IMG/VR virus record: IMGVR_UViG_3300032241_002567
Span: 79,837 to 143,836 of that record
Reading direction: 5' to 3' (one strand)
DNA from: a virus
DNA length: 64,000 nt
A program made the position numbers and the translations under genes. Within the stretch, counting starts at the first letter, position 1. Every line of letters begins with the position of its first letter. Positions 40,070-49,753 of the stretch are shown here, piece by piece. Under the pieces are notes generated by a model, which saw only the letters and a program-made list of their open reading frames with translations, was not told where the DNA came from and did no database searches.

Positions 40070-40086
40070 TTAATAATTAAATCTAT

Positions 40087-40119
40087 AAATAATCCTCCCT
40101 TTTTAAGGGAGGATTATTT
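40087..40119 (+). terminator. Stem-loop between protease and capsid genes
   Basis: aaataatcctccctt-ttt-aagggaggattattt. Confidence 0.7.
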
Positions 40120-40245
40120 GTTTTATATATATTATTAACACAGCAATGTGTATATAATAAAGTAAAAACGATAAAAAATCCAACCTTGAAAAAATAAGGG
40201 TTTTGAGAGTTATATATACTTTATAAAAAAAAAAATAAAAATATT

Positions 40246-42018
40246 ATGAATCACATTCGTATAGACAAACAAAAAGCTATTAACAAATGGGCTCCTGTAT
40301 TGGAGAACATGGGTGTTAAAGATGCTGATAGAATTGATTGGATGGCGGAATATGCTGAGTATCATGCTATAAACGAAAATGCGTATGCAAACGTTTCTAA
40401 CGTAGCTGGTTTAGGTACTATCACTGCACCACAAGCATCATTATTACCAGGTACTACAATCGGTACTAACTGGTCAGCAAATAGCGGTACAAATGGTTCT
40501 GGTGATTTAGGTCAAAACTTATTACCAGTTGCTATGAAAATTGCTGCTCAAACAATAGGTTTAGATCTAGTTGCTGTAAAACCAACTCCAGGTCCTAAAA
40601 TGGATTTACTTTATATTGATTTTCAATATGATGATACAAATACAGGTAATTCTGATGAAAGACCAACTGTATTTAAATTAGATTTCTCTATTTCAGGAGC
40701 TGCTGGTTTATCTACTTTACAAGGTACTATTTCAACTGACTTAACAGCTACATCAATAATTCAATCTGTTGGTGGATTAACTAAAACTGATGGTACACCA
40801 GCTAGAATCTTTACCAAGATTAATAATAATCCTGGCACATTCTCTAATGGTTTATTTTACACTACAACAGACCCTAATACTGCTGGTGCAAATCTTTCTG
40901 GTATAGTTGAATTTTTAGGATATTCAAGAATTGATGGATATCCAATGTTCAGAGCATTTAAACAATCAAACACTGCTCAAACATTATCATATCCTTATGT
41001 TAATACTAACACATCTGCTGGTACAGTATGGGGCTTCGATCCAACAAGAAATACTTTTGGACCAACAAACTCTATGATTTCACAAATTTCACAAGTATTT
41101 GGAGTATCTGGTATGACATTTGGTATATCTCTAATCTCAGCATTAGAAGATCATATTCCAGGTTATGTATCTAACTTTAATGCTGGTGGTAGATATCCAA
41201 TGGATCGTGCACAAGAAGAAAACATCTACGCTGGTCAAATCGGTCCAAAGATTTCTTCCAAATCAATCGCTGTTGGTACAATTGAAGTTTCTTCTGCTTT
41301 AAGAAGAACAGAAATTGAAGATATTAAAGCTAATACAGGCATGGATATCGTCCAAAAAATGGAATCAATACTTGTTAATGAATTATCTCAAACAATTTCT
41401 AAACAAATCGTAGGTAAAATATTTGAAATGGGTGGTATTAATAGACAATCAGCTCCTCTTTATGCTGGTAATACTTCTTATAACTCAATTTCAGGTGCTA
41501 CAATATTTGACTTAGATACAGCATATGTTCAAGCTGGTCCAGGTGGTGAAACTACTCACGCTGTTCAGCGTAAATTAATCACTAAAATGGTTCACGCTTC
41601 TAACTATATCGCAACAGAAGGACGTGTTGGTCCTGCTCAATTTGCAGTAACAAATGGTGCTCTTGCAGCTTCTTTAATGGATATTGCTGGTTATACAATC
41701 AATCCTCTTAAATCTAAATTAAATAGCTCAGGACAACTTTACCCAGTAGGACAAATCGGTGATATTCAAGTATATGTTGATCCATATATGAAATACAATG
41801 ATAACAGAATTGTTATTGGTAGAAAGAATAATCCAGATCAACCAGGTATTATATTTGTTCCTTACTTAATGGCACAATCAATTAGCATCATCTCTGAAGC
41901 AACATTTGCTCCAAGAATGCTTTTAAGAAGCCGTTATGCAGTAGCAGAAGTGGGTTGGTATCCACAAAAACAATTTATGACTATAATAGTTAATGATGCT
42001 TCACAATATCTTAACTAA
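40246..42018 (+). CDS. Major capsid protein (T4 gp23-like)
   Basis: KWAPVLE, IGLDLVAVKP, EIEDIKA-GMD-ESILVNELSQTI, G-I-VYVDPY, GIIFVPY, TFAPRMLLRSRYA. Confidence 0.93.
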   Translation: MNHIRIDKQKAINKWAPVLENMGVKDADRIDWMAEYAEYHAINENAYANVSNVAGLGTITAPQASLLPGTTIGTNWSANSGTNGSGDLGQNLLPVAMKIAAQTIGLDLVAVKPTPGPKMDLLYIDFQYDDTNTGNSDERPTVFKLDFSISGAAGLSTLQGTISTDLTATSIIQSVGGLTKTDGTPARIFTKINNNPGTFSNGLFYTTTDPNTAGANLSGIVEFLGYSRIDGYPMFRAFKQSNTAQTLSYPYVNTNTSAGTVWGFDPTRNTFGPTNSMISQISQVFGVSGMTFGISLISALEDHIPGYVSNFNAGGRYPMDRAQEENIYAGQIGPKISSKSIAVGTIEVSSALRRTEIEDIKANTGMDIVQKMESILVNELSQTISKQIVGKIFEMGGINRQSAPLYAGNTSYNSISGATIFDLDTAYVQAGPGGETTHAVQRKLITKMVHASNYIATEGRVGPAQFAVTNGALAASLMDIAGYTINPLKSKLNSSGQLYPVGQIGDIQVYVDPYMKYNDNRIVIGRKNNPDQPGIIFVPYLMAQSISIISEATFAPRMLLRSRYAVAEVGWYPQKQFMTIIVNDASQYLN

Positions 42019-42030
42019 TAACCATAATTT

Positions 42031-42066
42031 AATAAAAAAAGTCCTCTTTAGAGGACTTTTTTTATT
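42031..42066 (+). terminator. Intrinsic terminator after capsid gene
   Basis: aataaaaaaagtcctct-tt-agaggactttttttatt. Confidence 0.85.
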
Positions 42067-42101
42067 TCTTTATTTTAATATATAAAATAAACTATTTTAT
42101 T

Positions 42102-42515
42102 ATGTCAATACCTCTTTATTTGATAAATTCAATGACGTATTCAGGCGGAACAGTTTCTATAAATGCAAACTGGTCTAATTTTCTTGTTGGTGTAACTACA
42201 AGTAATGTACCTTTAATAAGTATAAGTGGATTTTGGACTGGTGCAACATTATCATATACAAGCTCATTTGGATTAAATATGACTTATTCGTTTTCTCTAA
42301 GTTTATCAGCCTCTACTACTTATAATTTAACATTTTCGTATCTAAAATCTCCTTATTTGAATTATCCATTAGATAATCCACAATATATAGCCGTAACAGG
42401 TGGTTCAATAAACAATGGTGGAATTCCTTATAATACTGGAATATATAATCCAGGTGGTTTGCAAACACTTTATCAAGTTAATAGGGTTATATCAAATTAC
42501 AGATTAAATACTTAA
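42102..42515 (+). CDS. Probable virion surface (decoration-like) beta protein
   Basis: S/T/N/G/Y-rich, nearly uncharged; late motif; follows capsid. Confidence 0.55.
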   Translation: MSIPLYLINSMTYSGGTVSINANWSNFLVGVTTSNVPLISISGFWTGATLSYTSSFGLNMTYSFSLSLSASTTYNLTFSYLKSPYLNYPLDNPQYIAVTGGSINNGGIPYNTGIYNPGGLQTLYQVNRVISNYRLNT

Positions 42516-42573
42516 ATAATAAAAAATGATTTTTAGAATATAATATATAATATAACAAAATAACAAAATAACT

Positions 42574-43272
42574 ATGTCAAGACCATATTTTAATATTGAT
42601 AATTTAACCTACGCTGGACCTACATTAAGTCTATCATTAACTTATTTTAAGTTAAGAAACTCTGCTGTTGCTGGTGCAACATTTTCAATAGATGGATTTT
42701 CCAATTCTATTGTTGTAACAATTACAAATAGTAACGCTTATCAAGGATTATATGATTCAAATGGAGTGTTACATGCAGATTCTGCACCTTTTGATACTTT
42801 CAATTTAACAGTAGGTTCATTAGGCACTTCTTCAACCACATCTTATACACAACCTACATTAATCTATAATTATAGTGGAACAGTTTCAGCAACAACTAAT
42901 TTTACAGTTCAATTACAAGGTGTGACAGTCATAAATGCAACTTCATCAGCATCTTTAGCACCAACTGCATCAAATTTTCTAGCTGCAATAATTGGAAGTA
43001 GTAGTGCCACTAATTTTACAGGAGCAGCCGCTAATTTTACAGTAGCAGCAAATGGTAATTCTCTTATATTTACAGCTCCTTTAAATACTGGAAATATTTA
43101 TAATGGTTTAACTATAAGCAACAATATTACACAAGGTGGATCTTCATTCGCAACCGCATCAGCAAATGGTATAACATTTTCAGGTGGTTTCAATAACTAT
43201 AAAGTTGTTTTGAATTATTTACCTCTTGGACCAATTAATGGTTCTAACGAAACTTATTCATTTAGTAATTAA
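42574..43272 (+). CDS. Probable virion surface (decoration-like) beta protein
   Basis: S/T/N/G/A-rich; FTAP and TFSGG motifs; late motif at 42541. Confidence 0.55.
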   Translation: MSRPYFNIDNLTYAGPTLSLSLTYFKLRNSAVAGATFSIDGFSNSIVVTITNSNAYQGLYDSNGVLHADSAPFDTFNLTVGSLGTSSTTSYTQPTLIYNYSGTVSATTNFTVQLQGVTVINATSSASLAPTASNFLAAIIGSSSATNFTGAAANFTVAANGNSLIFTAPLNTGNIYNGLTISNNITQGGSSFATASANGITFSGGFNNYKVVLNYLPLGPINGSNETYSFSN

Positions 43273-43282
43273 TTTAAAAATA

Positions 43283-43325
43283 ATAATAAAAAATGGAAGC
43301 AGTTATTGCTTCCATTTTTTATTAT
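43283..43325. terminator. Bidirectional terminator, 19-bp arms
   Basis: ataataaaaaatggaagca-gttat-tgcttccattttttattat; overlaps the glycosylase C-terminus. Confidence 0.8.
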
Positions 43326-44070
43326 ACCAAAATGTTCTGTTATTCGAATCTTTTAATGATTCTCCTTTTTGATAAAAAACCCAATCTTCAAATTCTTTTG
43401 AGTCAGTAATGAATGGATTTTTCCAATCTTTTAATTGACCGCCATTTAAATTATAAGCTTTTAATGGTATTTCTTTACATAAATCTAAAATATCTGGACT
43501 TTGGTTTATAACAGTTTTAGCATCTAAAAAAGGATTTTCATCAAGATAATAAAGTATTGTTGAACGTAAATAATTACCAATCCCATTAAAATATTCTTGC
43601 TCTAACAAAGCTTCATAGATAGGTTTTTTAAAAATTGCTTTATCTAAATTATTTAAAATATTTTGTTTAAATAATTCATGTTCTTTTACAACATCTGGGC
43701 CTCTTTTTATCCCTTTAAATGGTTTACCAACAGAATATTTTGGTCCTAAAAATCCACCATATAAAGATAGTGACATACCAGTATTATCATCAAATTTCAA
43801 TCTTGTAAATTTTACATCATTCCATTTATTAGTTTGAATATATTTTAAACTACCACTCATACCCATAAAAATATGTATGGGTATTTTATCATCTAATTTT
43901 ATTATAAGTTCCTTACCGTTTGTATCAGCATTAATAGTAAAATTAGAATAATTTGTATCTAATTGTGGTTTATTTCCTTTTTCAACATGGAAAAGTTTTT
44001 CAAAAATTTTTTCTTGTGAATTAGCATTGATATAATCAGCACTAATTTTAACTTCGGCCCATTCTGGCAT
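43303..44070 (-). CDS. nei: Fpg/Nei DNA glycosylase, zincless-finger type
   Basis: MPE catalytic N-terminus, GKEL, GMSG, H2TH LLEQEYFNGIGNYLR, C-terminal RTFWY without cysteines. Confidence 0.88.
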   Translation of the reverse strand: MPEWAEVKISADYINANSQEKIFEKLFHVEKGNKPQLDTNYSNFTINADTNGKELIIKLDDKIPIHIFMGMSGSLKYIQTNKWNDVKFTRLKFDDNTGMSLSLYGGFLGPKYSVGKPFKGIKRGPDVVKEHELFKQNILNNLDKAIFKKPIYEALLEQEYFNGIGNYLRSTILYYLDENPFLDAKTVINQSPDILDLCKEIPLKAYNLNGGQLKDWKNPFITDSKEFEDWVFYQKGESLKDSNNRTFWYNKKWKQ

Positions 44071-44071
44071 A

Positions 44072-44377
44072 TTATTTTAATATTTCTTTTATTTTTAAAT
44101 CACGAATAAATGTTTTAGCAATAACCGATAAAATCTCGTGCATTTCTTTTGTATCTGTATAAAATATTATATTATTATTAGTATTAAAAAGATAAACTTG
44201 CTGTCTACCAGTGCCCATTAGTCTATCATTATGGAAATACTTATCATAGATTTTTTCATATGAATAATAACGAATTACATATTTGAAACGAGGTTTGAGA
44301 CTTTCAAATTCAATCTTTTTAATTTTTCTAACAATTATTTTACCGTTATTTTCTATTATATTAATCTTTAATATCAT
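44072..44377 (-). CDS. Hypothetical protein with C-terminal IRDLKIKEILK motif
   Basis: ORF track; operonic with neighbours. Confidence 0.6.
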   Translation of the reverse strand: MILKINIIENNGKIIVRKIKKIEFESLKPRFKYVIRYYSYEKIYDKYFHNDRLMGTGRQQVYLFNTNNNIIFYTDTKEMHEILSVIAKTFIRDLKIKEILK

Positions 44378-45000
44378 TTTGTAATTTTATTTTTGACATC
44401 GGTATAATGTCCTTCTTTATAGAAGACTTTTTTACCATTAAATTCAAATTCATCAGGTGATGTAAAATAATTTACTTTAATATCATTATATTTGATAATA
44501 TCATGCTCTTCTAATGGTTTTCTTGATTCGGAACTTAATAAGTTAAAAGTTTTAATTATTTTAAAGATATATTCTGAATGATTTAAATTTAAATCATTCA
44601 GATATCCAATAGTTAAATGAAATCCAAAATATGGTTCTTTACTTAATCCCATTTCTTCTCTTATGCTTTCAGCTTGTGGACTATGCACTCTTAACCACCA
44701 ATGTTTAATGTTGGTTCTTGGTTCTATTTCGTAGAAAAAAGTTATTTCTTTACCATTATATTTACGAGCAATTTTATCAAATTTTTCTTGACTAATTTTA
44801 TCAGAAATTATAGTCACATGAGTTCCCCTTAGAGTTTTCACAAACTTTAAATTAAATCTTTGAGAAAGAAACCATGCATAATACTTATCTAAGTCACAGT
44901 TAAGCATAATCATAGCAACTTTTTTCCAATTTTGTTTTTCATGTTTTTTTGTTTTATTTTCTGGCTGAAAAACTAATTTACCTTTACACTCTATGACCAT
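44374..45000 (-). CDS. 2H phosphoesterase-family protein
   Basis: Two HxT motifs, GTHVTII and FHLTIG, about 65 aa apart. Confidence 0.7.
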   Translation of the reverse strand: MVIECKGKLVFQPENKTKKHEKQNWKKVAMIMLNCDLDKYYAWFLSQRFNLKFVKTLRGTHVTIISDKISQEKFDKIARKYNGKEITFFYEIEPRTNIKHWWLRVHSPQAESIREEMGLSKEPYFGFHLTIGYLNDLNLNHSEYIFKIIKTFNLLSSESRKPLEEHDIIKYNDIKVNYFTSPDEFEFNGKKVFYKEGHYTDVKNKITK

Positions 45001-45022
45001 TTTGGATACAATTTTCGTTAAA

Positions 45023-45054
45023 CAAAGTTAAACAAAGTTAATCAGAAAAACAAA
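45023..45054 (-). promoter_or_regulatory. Bacteroidota sigmaA-type promoter (TTTG-N20-TAACTTTG)
   Basis: Matches the -33/-7 consensus; -7 element tandemly duplicated (aacaaagtta x2). Confidence 0.7.
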
Positions 45055-45100
45055 AAAATCAAATATATAAAAATAATATATAAGAAAAATAAGTTATTTT

Positions 45101-45289
45101 ATGGGAAACGAATTTTTAATCAAAAATACTAATAACCTTTCAAAAGATGATTTGACTATGTTAAGAGAGAAATTTATCTCTGAATATTCAAGAAAGAAAG
45201 GATGGGATAAAAACCATTTGACACCAGAGCAATTATTAGAAATCGTGCAACAAAAAGCATACTCAAATCCTGGAATTATTAAAAGTTAA
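45101..45289 (+). CDS. Small hypothetical protein
   Basis: Late motif at 45074; terminator hairpin at about 45292-45316. Confidence 0.65.
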   Translation: MGNEFLIKNTNNLSKDDLTMLREKFISEYSRKKGWDKNHLTPEQLLEIVQQKAYSNPGIIKS

Positions 45290-45358
45290 ATAAAACCCAT
45301 CATAAGGTGGGTTTTTTAAAACCTTTTAATTTTTATTAATATAAAAAATAAAAATTAA

Positions 45359-46126
45359 ATGGAATTACAAAATATACCAAAAATTACTTATGTAATTGCT
45401 TATCAACATAAACCAGATAGGCTTATGAATCTTCGTAGAGTTTTAGAATGGTTGGCTCCTTTTGGTGGAATGAATGTTATTATAGTTGAGCAAGATAAAA
45501 AATCTAAAATTTCTGATCTTAATTTAAGGGCAAAACATATTTTTATTAAATCAGATCTACCTTTTAACAAAGCATGGGCATTTAATGTTTCTTTAAAGTA
45601 TTGTACTACACCAATTATTATTTATGGTGATTCAGATTTAATTATGAATCCACAGTCATTCCTACAAGCTGTGCAAACATTAGAAAATTATGATTTTGTA
45701 AATCCTTATAATTCGGTAATTGACCTATCACCACAAGAATCTATGATGGATTTAAATTCTATCTTACAAATAAACAGAATAGGACGAGGTGAAGCAGAAG
45801 ATGATATACAAAAAGTTCCTATCTGTGGTGGTATAATTATGTTTAAAAAGGATAAGTTATATGAAATTGGTGGATGGAACGAAAGTTTTTATGGATGGGG
45901 AGCAGAGGACGACTTTGAATCTTTAAAGGTTAAAACTTTTTTAAAATGGATTACATTGCCAAATAAATGCTATCACTTTTATCACGAAAAGTCAAAAATA
46001 GATATGAAATTATATCAAAGAAATTTAGAAATTTTAAACCATTTTAATAAATGCACAAAAGAACAAATGCAGAATCATATTAACATGACAATTAATAAAA
46101 TCGGGCAAGTTAATCTACATAGTTAA
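45359..46126 (+). CDS. Glycosyltransferase (GT-A, family 7-like C-terminus)
   Basis: VEQD, FNKAWAFN, DSD, GGWNESFYGWGAEDD, HFYH. Confidence 0.85.
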   Translation: MELQNIPKITYVIAYQHKPDRLMNLRRVLEWLAPFGGMNVIIVEQDKKSKISDLNLRAKHIFIKSDLPFNKAWAFNVSLKYCTTPIIIYGDSDLIMNPQSFLQAVQTLENYDFVNPYNSVIDLSPQESMMDLNSILQINRIGRGEAEDDIQKVPICGGIIMFKKDKLYEIGGWNESFYGWGAEDDFESLKVKTFLKWITLPNKCYHFYHEKSKIDMKLYQRNLEILNHFNKCTKEQMQNHINMTINKIGQVNLHS

Positions 46127-46376
46127 TTCCTTATTTAACAAAATATCGATTTCTTTTATTTTAAAATATGGTATCCTTATTAAACGAATATTGTTTTTTT
46201 GACAATATTCGTTTTTTATTTTATCGTTATTTTGTCTATATTCAAAGCCAATAATTCCACCAAAATATTCAACTGGTTCAAAGTGTTGAATGCCATCAAA
46301 TTCAATAATGGTGTTTATATCCTCTATATAAAAATCGAATGGTAATTTTTCTTTATTTCTACAATCATCAAATGTA
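46115..46376 (-). pseudogene. C-terminal remnant of a PD-(D/E)xK endonuclease
   Basis: TFDDCRNKEKLPFDFYIEDINTIIEFDGIQHF...NDKIKNEYC...LIRIPY; no start codon. Confidence 0.75.
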
Positions 46377-46731
46377 TCAGCTTTAAAAAATTCTAAATTA
46401 GTAATTTCTTCAACTCCAAATGGTGAAGGTAATTTATTTCATAAATTATATTTAGATTCTAAAAGAGAAGAAGGTGATAAAGAAAAAAAATTCATTTAAA
46501 TTAATTGAAACACCATATTCAGTTATACCAAATAGAGATGAAAAATGGATTGAAGAAATTATAAAAAGTTGGGGTGGTAATAGAGATATATTTGAGCAGG
46601 AATATAATTTGAAATTTTTAACTAAAAATAATTTAGAAAAAGATATAGAAAAAGTAAAAATTGATAATAATAAAATTATGACTAAATTAAACGATATAGA
46701 AAAATTATTATTACAAATACTCAATAAATAA
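46371..46731 (+). pseudogene. Fragment of a second terminase-large-subunit-like ATPase, frameshifted
   Basis: NVSALKNSKLVISSTPNGEGNLFHKLYLDS, +1 shift in A8 run at 46483-46490, then NSFK..VIPNRDEKWIEEIIKSWGG..FEQEY; parallels terL IVSAVNNSKIVITSTPKGMNLFYKL...FNQEY. Confidence 0.75.
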
Positions 46732-46754
46732 AAAAGCACCTTAAAGGTGCTTTT

Positions 46755-47204
46755 TTAATCAATTTTAAATTTTAAATCATATAAATATTTTAATAAACCA
46801 TCAAAATCTTCACATAAATTTGAACGGCTACTATTCATAACATAAAGTGTTGCCCCCCATTTACCATCATTAAAAGAGAATATATCTAGATAATTATTTA
46901 CTAAAACTCTTCCTTCATCAATAACTTTATAAATCTCAACTTTGATATAATCCGCATAAGTTTCGGGTTCTTCAATTAATTTTTTTTCGTTATGATCTAA
47001 CCTATATTGCTTGCTCTGTGTCATTATTTTTTGAATAGAAGATTCTTTATTATTGTTGATAAAAATATTTCTTAATAAGAGTATCTTATCTTCTGTTGGA
47101 TTAATTACATCCTTTTCAGTATATTCATAACTACCCATTATACGATAAGGTAAAATAGGCATATTATAATCATTTAATCCATAATTCTTATTGACAAATT
47201 GCAT
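46755..47204 (-). CDS. Hypothetical protein
   Basis: ORF track; terminator hairpin at about 46731-46755. Confidence 0.6.
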   Translation of the reverse strand: MQFVNKNYGLNDYNMPILPYRIMGSYEYTEKDVINPTEDKILLLRNIFINNNKESSIQKIMTQSKQYRLDHNEKKLIEEPETYADYIKVEIYKVIDEGRVLVNNYLDIFSFNDGKWGATLYVMNSSRSNLCEDFDGLLKYLYDLKFKID

Positions 47205-47773
47205 TAGTAATTAACTCTTAATTTTTCATATTTCATTAATAATTTATACATTTTTTCATATTCAGAATCTAAATCAGTAATTATTCTTTGACTCCACATA
47301 TTATTATTGAAATATTCAACAACCATTCCTTCTTTTAAATGTTCCTTTTTCTTTGGAAAATAGTATCTTTTTTGTTCAGTTAAAGTAAATGTTATTCCTT
47401 CATGTATGAAGACTCTTTTATCCATACTATTATCATAGTATTTAACTTCCATAGGAAATTTTTCTCCATTCCATAACATTCTTGTTAGGATTTTATCTCC
47501 TTTATATTTTAAAATAATTTCATTAAAACGAAATTGATTAATTAATAAATTAGCTTCTTTTTCTAAGACTTGATTATTTTCTGGTGTAAAAGCTATATAA
47601 TATTTCTCATAAACCGCATTTTGCAATCCCCATATAGGCACAATTGTATAATTCATAGAATATAATAGATTTAAAAACATATTATTTCTATGACTATTTT
47701 CCTTTTCGGATAGTCCATCAATTTCAGGTGTGGCAATTATATATGATAAATTAGAATCATTTAAATTAATCAT
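47204..47773 (-). CDS. Hypothetical protein (DUF3293-like N-terminal half)
   Basis: LSEKENSHRN..L..L...WG....EK pattern; late motif at 47778. Confidence 0.5.
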   Translation of the reverse strand: MINLNDSNLSYIIATPEIDGLSEKENSHRNNMFLNLLYSMNYTIVPIWGLQNAVYEKYYIAFTPENNQVLEKEANLLINQFRFNEIILKYKGDKILTRMLWNGEKFPMEVKYYDNSMDKRVFIHEGITFTLTEQKRYYFPKKKEHLKEGMVVEYFNNNMWSQRIITDLDSEYEKMYKLLMKYEKLRVNY

Positions 47774-47801
47774 ATACTATATATTAAAAATAATTATTTA
47801 A

Positions 47802-49010
47802 CTAAAAATTATATTCTCTATCTATAAAATTAAATTCCTCCAAAAGCATAGAATCCATAAGATATTGCACTTGTTGTTTATATTGGTCTTGAACTATGAT
47901 ACTATCATGAATTGTTACAATATTAATATCTGGATTGATTAACAAAATAGTTTTAATTACTTTATTAAAGATAAAATTTGATTCTAGATTTTGTAATTTA
48001 TGTGAAATTATACGGTAATCATCATATATTTTTTTATATTCAACAATAAAATTATATATTTTTGGGAATAATTTTGCGAATGGATTTTCTTTTTTACTAT
48101 TATTTCTACCAAATAATGTAATATAAACTAATTCTTTACATTCTTTTTTATTTTTAATATTTGAATTATCCATTAAAAATTGATAAAATTTGCCATGTAT
48201 AACTAAATAACTAAACACTTTAAATTCGTGTGTTTTCTGTATATTTATACCCTCTTCATTTATAATTTTTGTTAAAAACAACGGTTGTGAATTAGAAATA
48301 TCTATTTCACATGTTGGTTTATTTTTTATAAGAAGGCAATTTTTGCGAATAAATGATTTCAAAATAGTAAAATTTGTATGCACTCTTCCAAAAGAGTCAA
48401 AATGATAAAAGATATGTTTATCATAGATTGATTCAACTGAATATTTATTTTTATTATAAGAATCTTTATCTTGAATTGTATTATTTAAATAAAATAAAGC
48501 TTTATCTATTTCTATCGAAGCTGTAAATAAATCAGATACTATTTTTTGTTTAATTTCTGGTCTAATAGAATTTATTAAAATGTCGTTATTATCAATAGCA
48601 CTTACTGCATTTTTATATTTTTTTAATAATGTTATATTTGAATTTTTATAGCGTAAAATATCATCAGTTATAATTGATTCATCTAATTTATAAATTCTAG
48701 TATTTTTACCTTGTTTATATTCTTTGATAATATGTAATATTTTTTCACTAACAAGATATTCCATGTGAAAATTATATAAATAACCATATTTCTCTTTAAG
48801 AATTACGGCTGATAAATGAAATATATTTTCTTTACGAAAATAATACCTTAAAAGTAGGTTATGTATTATATCAATAATATATTCCGGTTTTAGTTTTTTT
48901 CCTCTATACAAGATATATTTTTGTTCCGCTATATCCTTTATAGATTTTGGTAAAAATTGTAATGAGTATTTTTTGGTTTGTAATTTAGATTTTATTGTAG
49001 TTTGCAGCAT
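47802..49010 (-). CDS. Minimal family-A/T7-RNAP-like polymerase (TV-Pol-like)
   Basis: DSFGRVH (DxxGR), motif A EIDISNSQP, motif B K..Y..LFG, LQNLES, motif C TIHDSII; no exonuclease domains. Confidence 0.7.
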   Translation of the reverse strand: MLQTTIKSKLQTKKYSLQFLPKSIKDIAEQKYILYRGKKLKPEYIIDIIHNLLLRYYFRKENIFHLSAVILKEKYGYLYNFHMEYLVSEKILHIIKEYKQGKNTRIYKLDESIITDDILRYKNSNITLLKKYKNAVSAIDNNDILINSIRPEIKQKIVSDLFTASIEIDKALFYLNNTIQDKDSYNKNKYSVESIYDKHIFYHFDSFGRVHTNFTILKSFIRKNCLLIKNKPTCEIDISNSQPLFLTKIINEEGINIQKTHEFKVFSYLVIHGKFYQFLMDNSNIKNKKECKELVYITLFGRNNSKKENPFAKLFPKIYNFIVEYKKIYDDYRIISHKLQNLESNFIFNKVIKTILLINPDINIVTIHDSIIVQDQYKQQVQYLMDSMLLEEFNFIDREYNF

Positions 49011-49120
49011 TAAAAAATCTGTATTTTAATATTAAATATATATTTATACAAAAGTTTAATTCTAAATGTATATTCTTTTTATAAAATATTATTTTTAATA
49101 TATTTTTTTTAAATAATATT

Positions 49121-49393
49121 AAATTTGATAGAGAAAAAACTTTTAATGATTGTAAAAACGAAAGACTATTGCCGTTTGATTTTTATATTGAAAATTATAA
49201 TTTAATTATTGAATTTGACGGAAAACAACATTTTGAACCAATAAGTAGATTTGGAGGAGAAGAAGGCTTTAATAAAATAAAAATAAATGATGCCATCAAA
49301 AATAATTATTGTAAATTACATAAAATAAATTTGATCAGGATAAATTATCGACAAAATATATCTAATATATTAGATAATTTTTTTAATATATAA
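49121..49393 (+). pseudogene. C-terminal remnant of a PD-(D/E)xK endonuclease
   Basis: REKTFNDCKNERLLPFDFYIENYNLIIEFDGKQHF...NDAIKNNYC; N-terminal half absent. Confidence 0.7.
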
Positions 49394-49396
49394 ATT

Positions 49397-49753
49397 ATGG
49401 AAAAATTTTCTAATTTAAATAATTATAAGATTAATATAGGTTGTCATAAATTAAATAGTGAAATTTTGTATATAACCGAAAATAATAAACAAGTCGGTAG
49501 TTTAATCCTTTGTTTTTCACCAGATGGCAAAGCATCTGTTTTTTCTGTTTCTATTTTAGAAAAATGGAGAGGTAAAGGTTATAGTAAAAAACTTATGAAA
49601 TCTGCAATAGATAGGTCAAGACAAAAAGGTTGTAAAATACTGGAATTAAACACCGAAACTACAAATACTGTTGCTAATAATTTATACAAAAGTTTAGGTT
49701 TTGAATTAAAAGGTTTATTAGATGATTATAATAATTATCAATTAGTCCTCTAA
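49397..49753 (+). CDS. GNAT N-acetyltransferase
   Basis: WRGKGYSKKLM, N-VANNLYKSLGF. Confidence 0.88.
   Translation: MEKFSNLNNYKINIGCHKLNSEILYITENNKQVGSLILCFSPDGKASVFSVSILEKWRGKGYSKKLMKSAIDRSRQKGCKILELNTETTNTVANNLYKSLGFELKGLLDDYNNYQLVL

Noticed and set aside
46115-49393. Composite transposon bounded by the two outward-facing endonuclease remnants
   Set aside because: Similarity is protein-level only; no terminal inverted repeats, target duplication or transposase seen.
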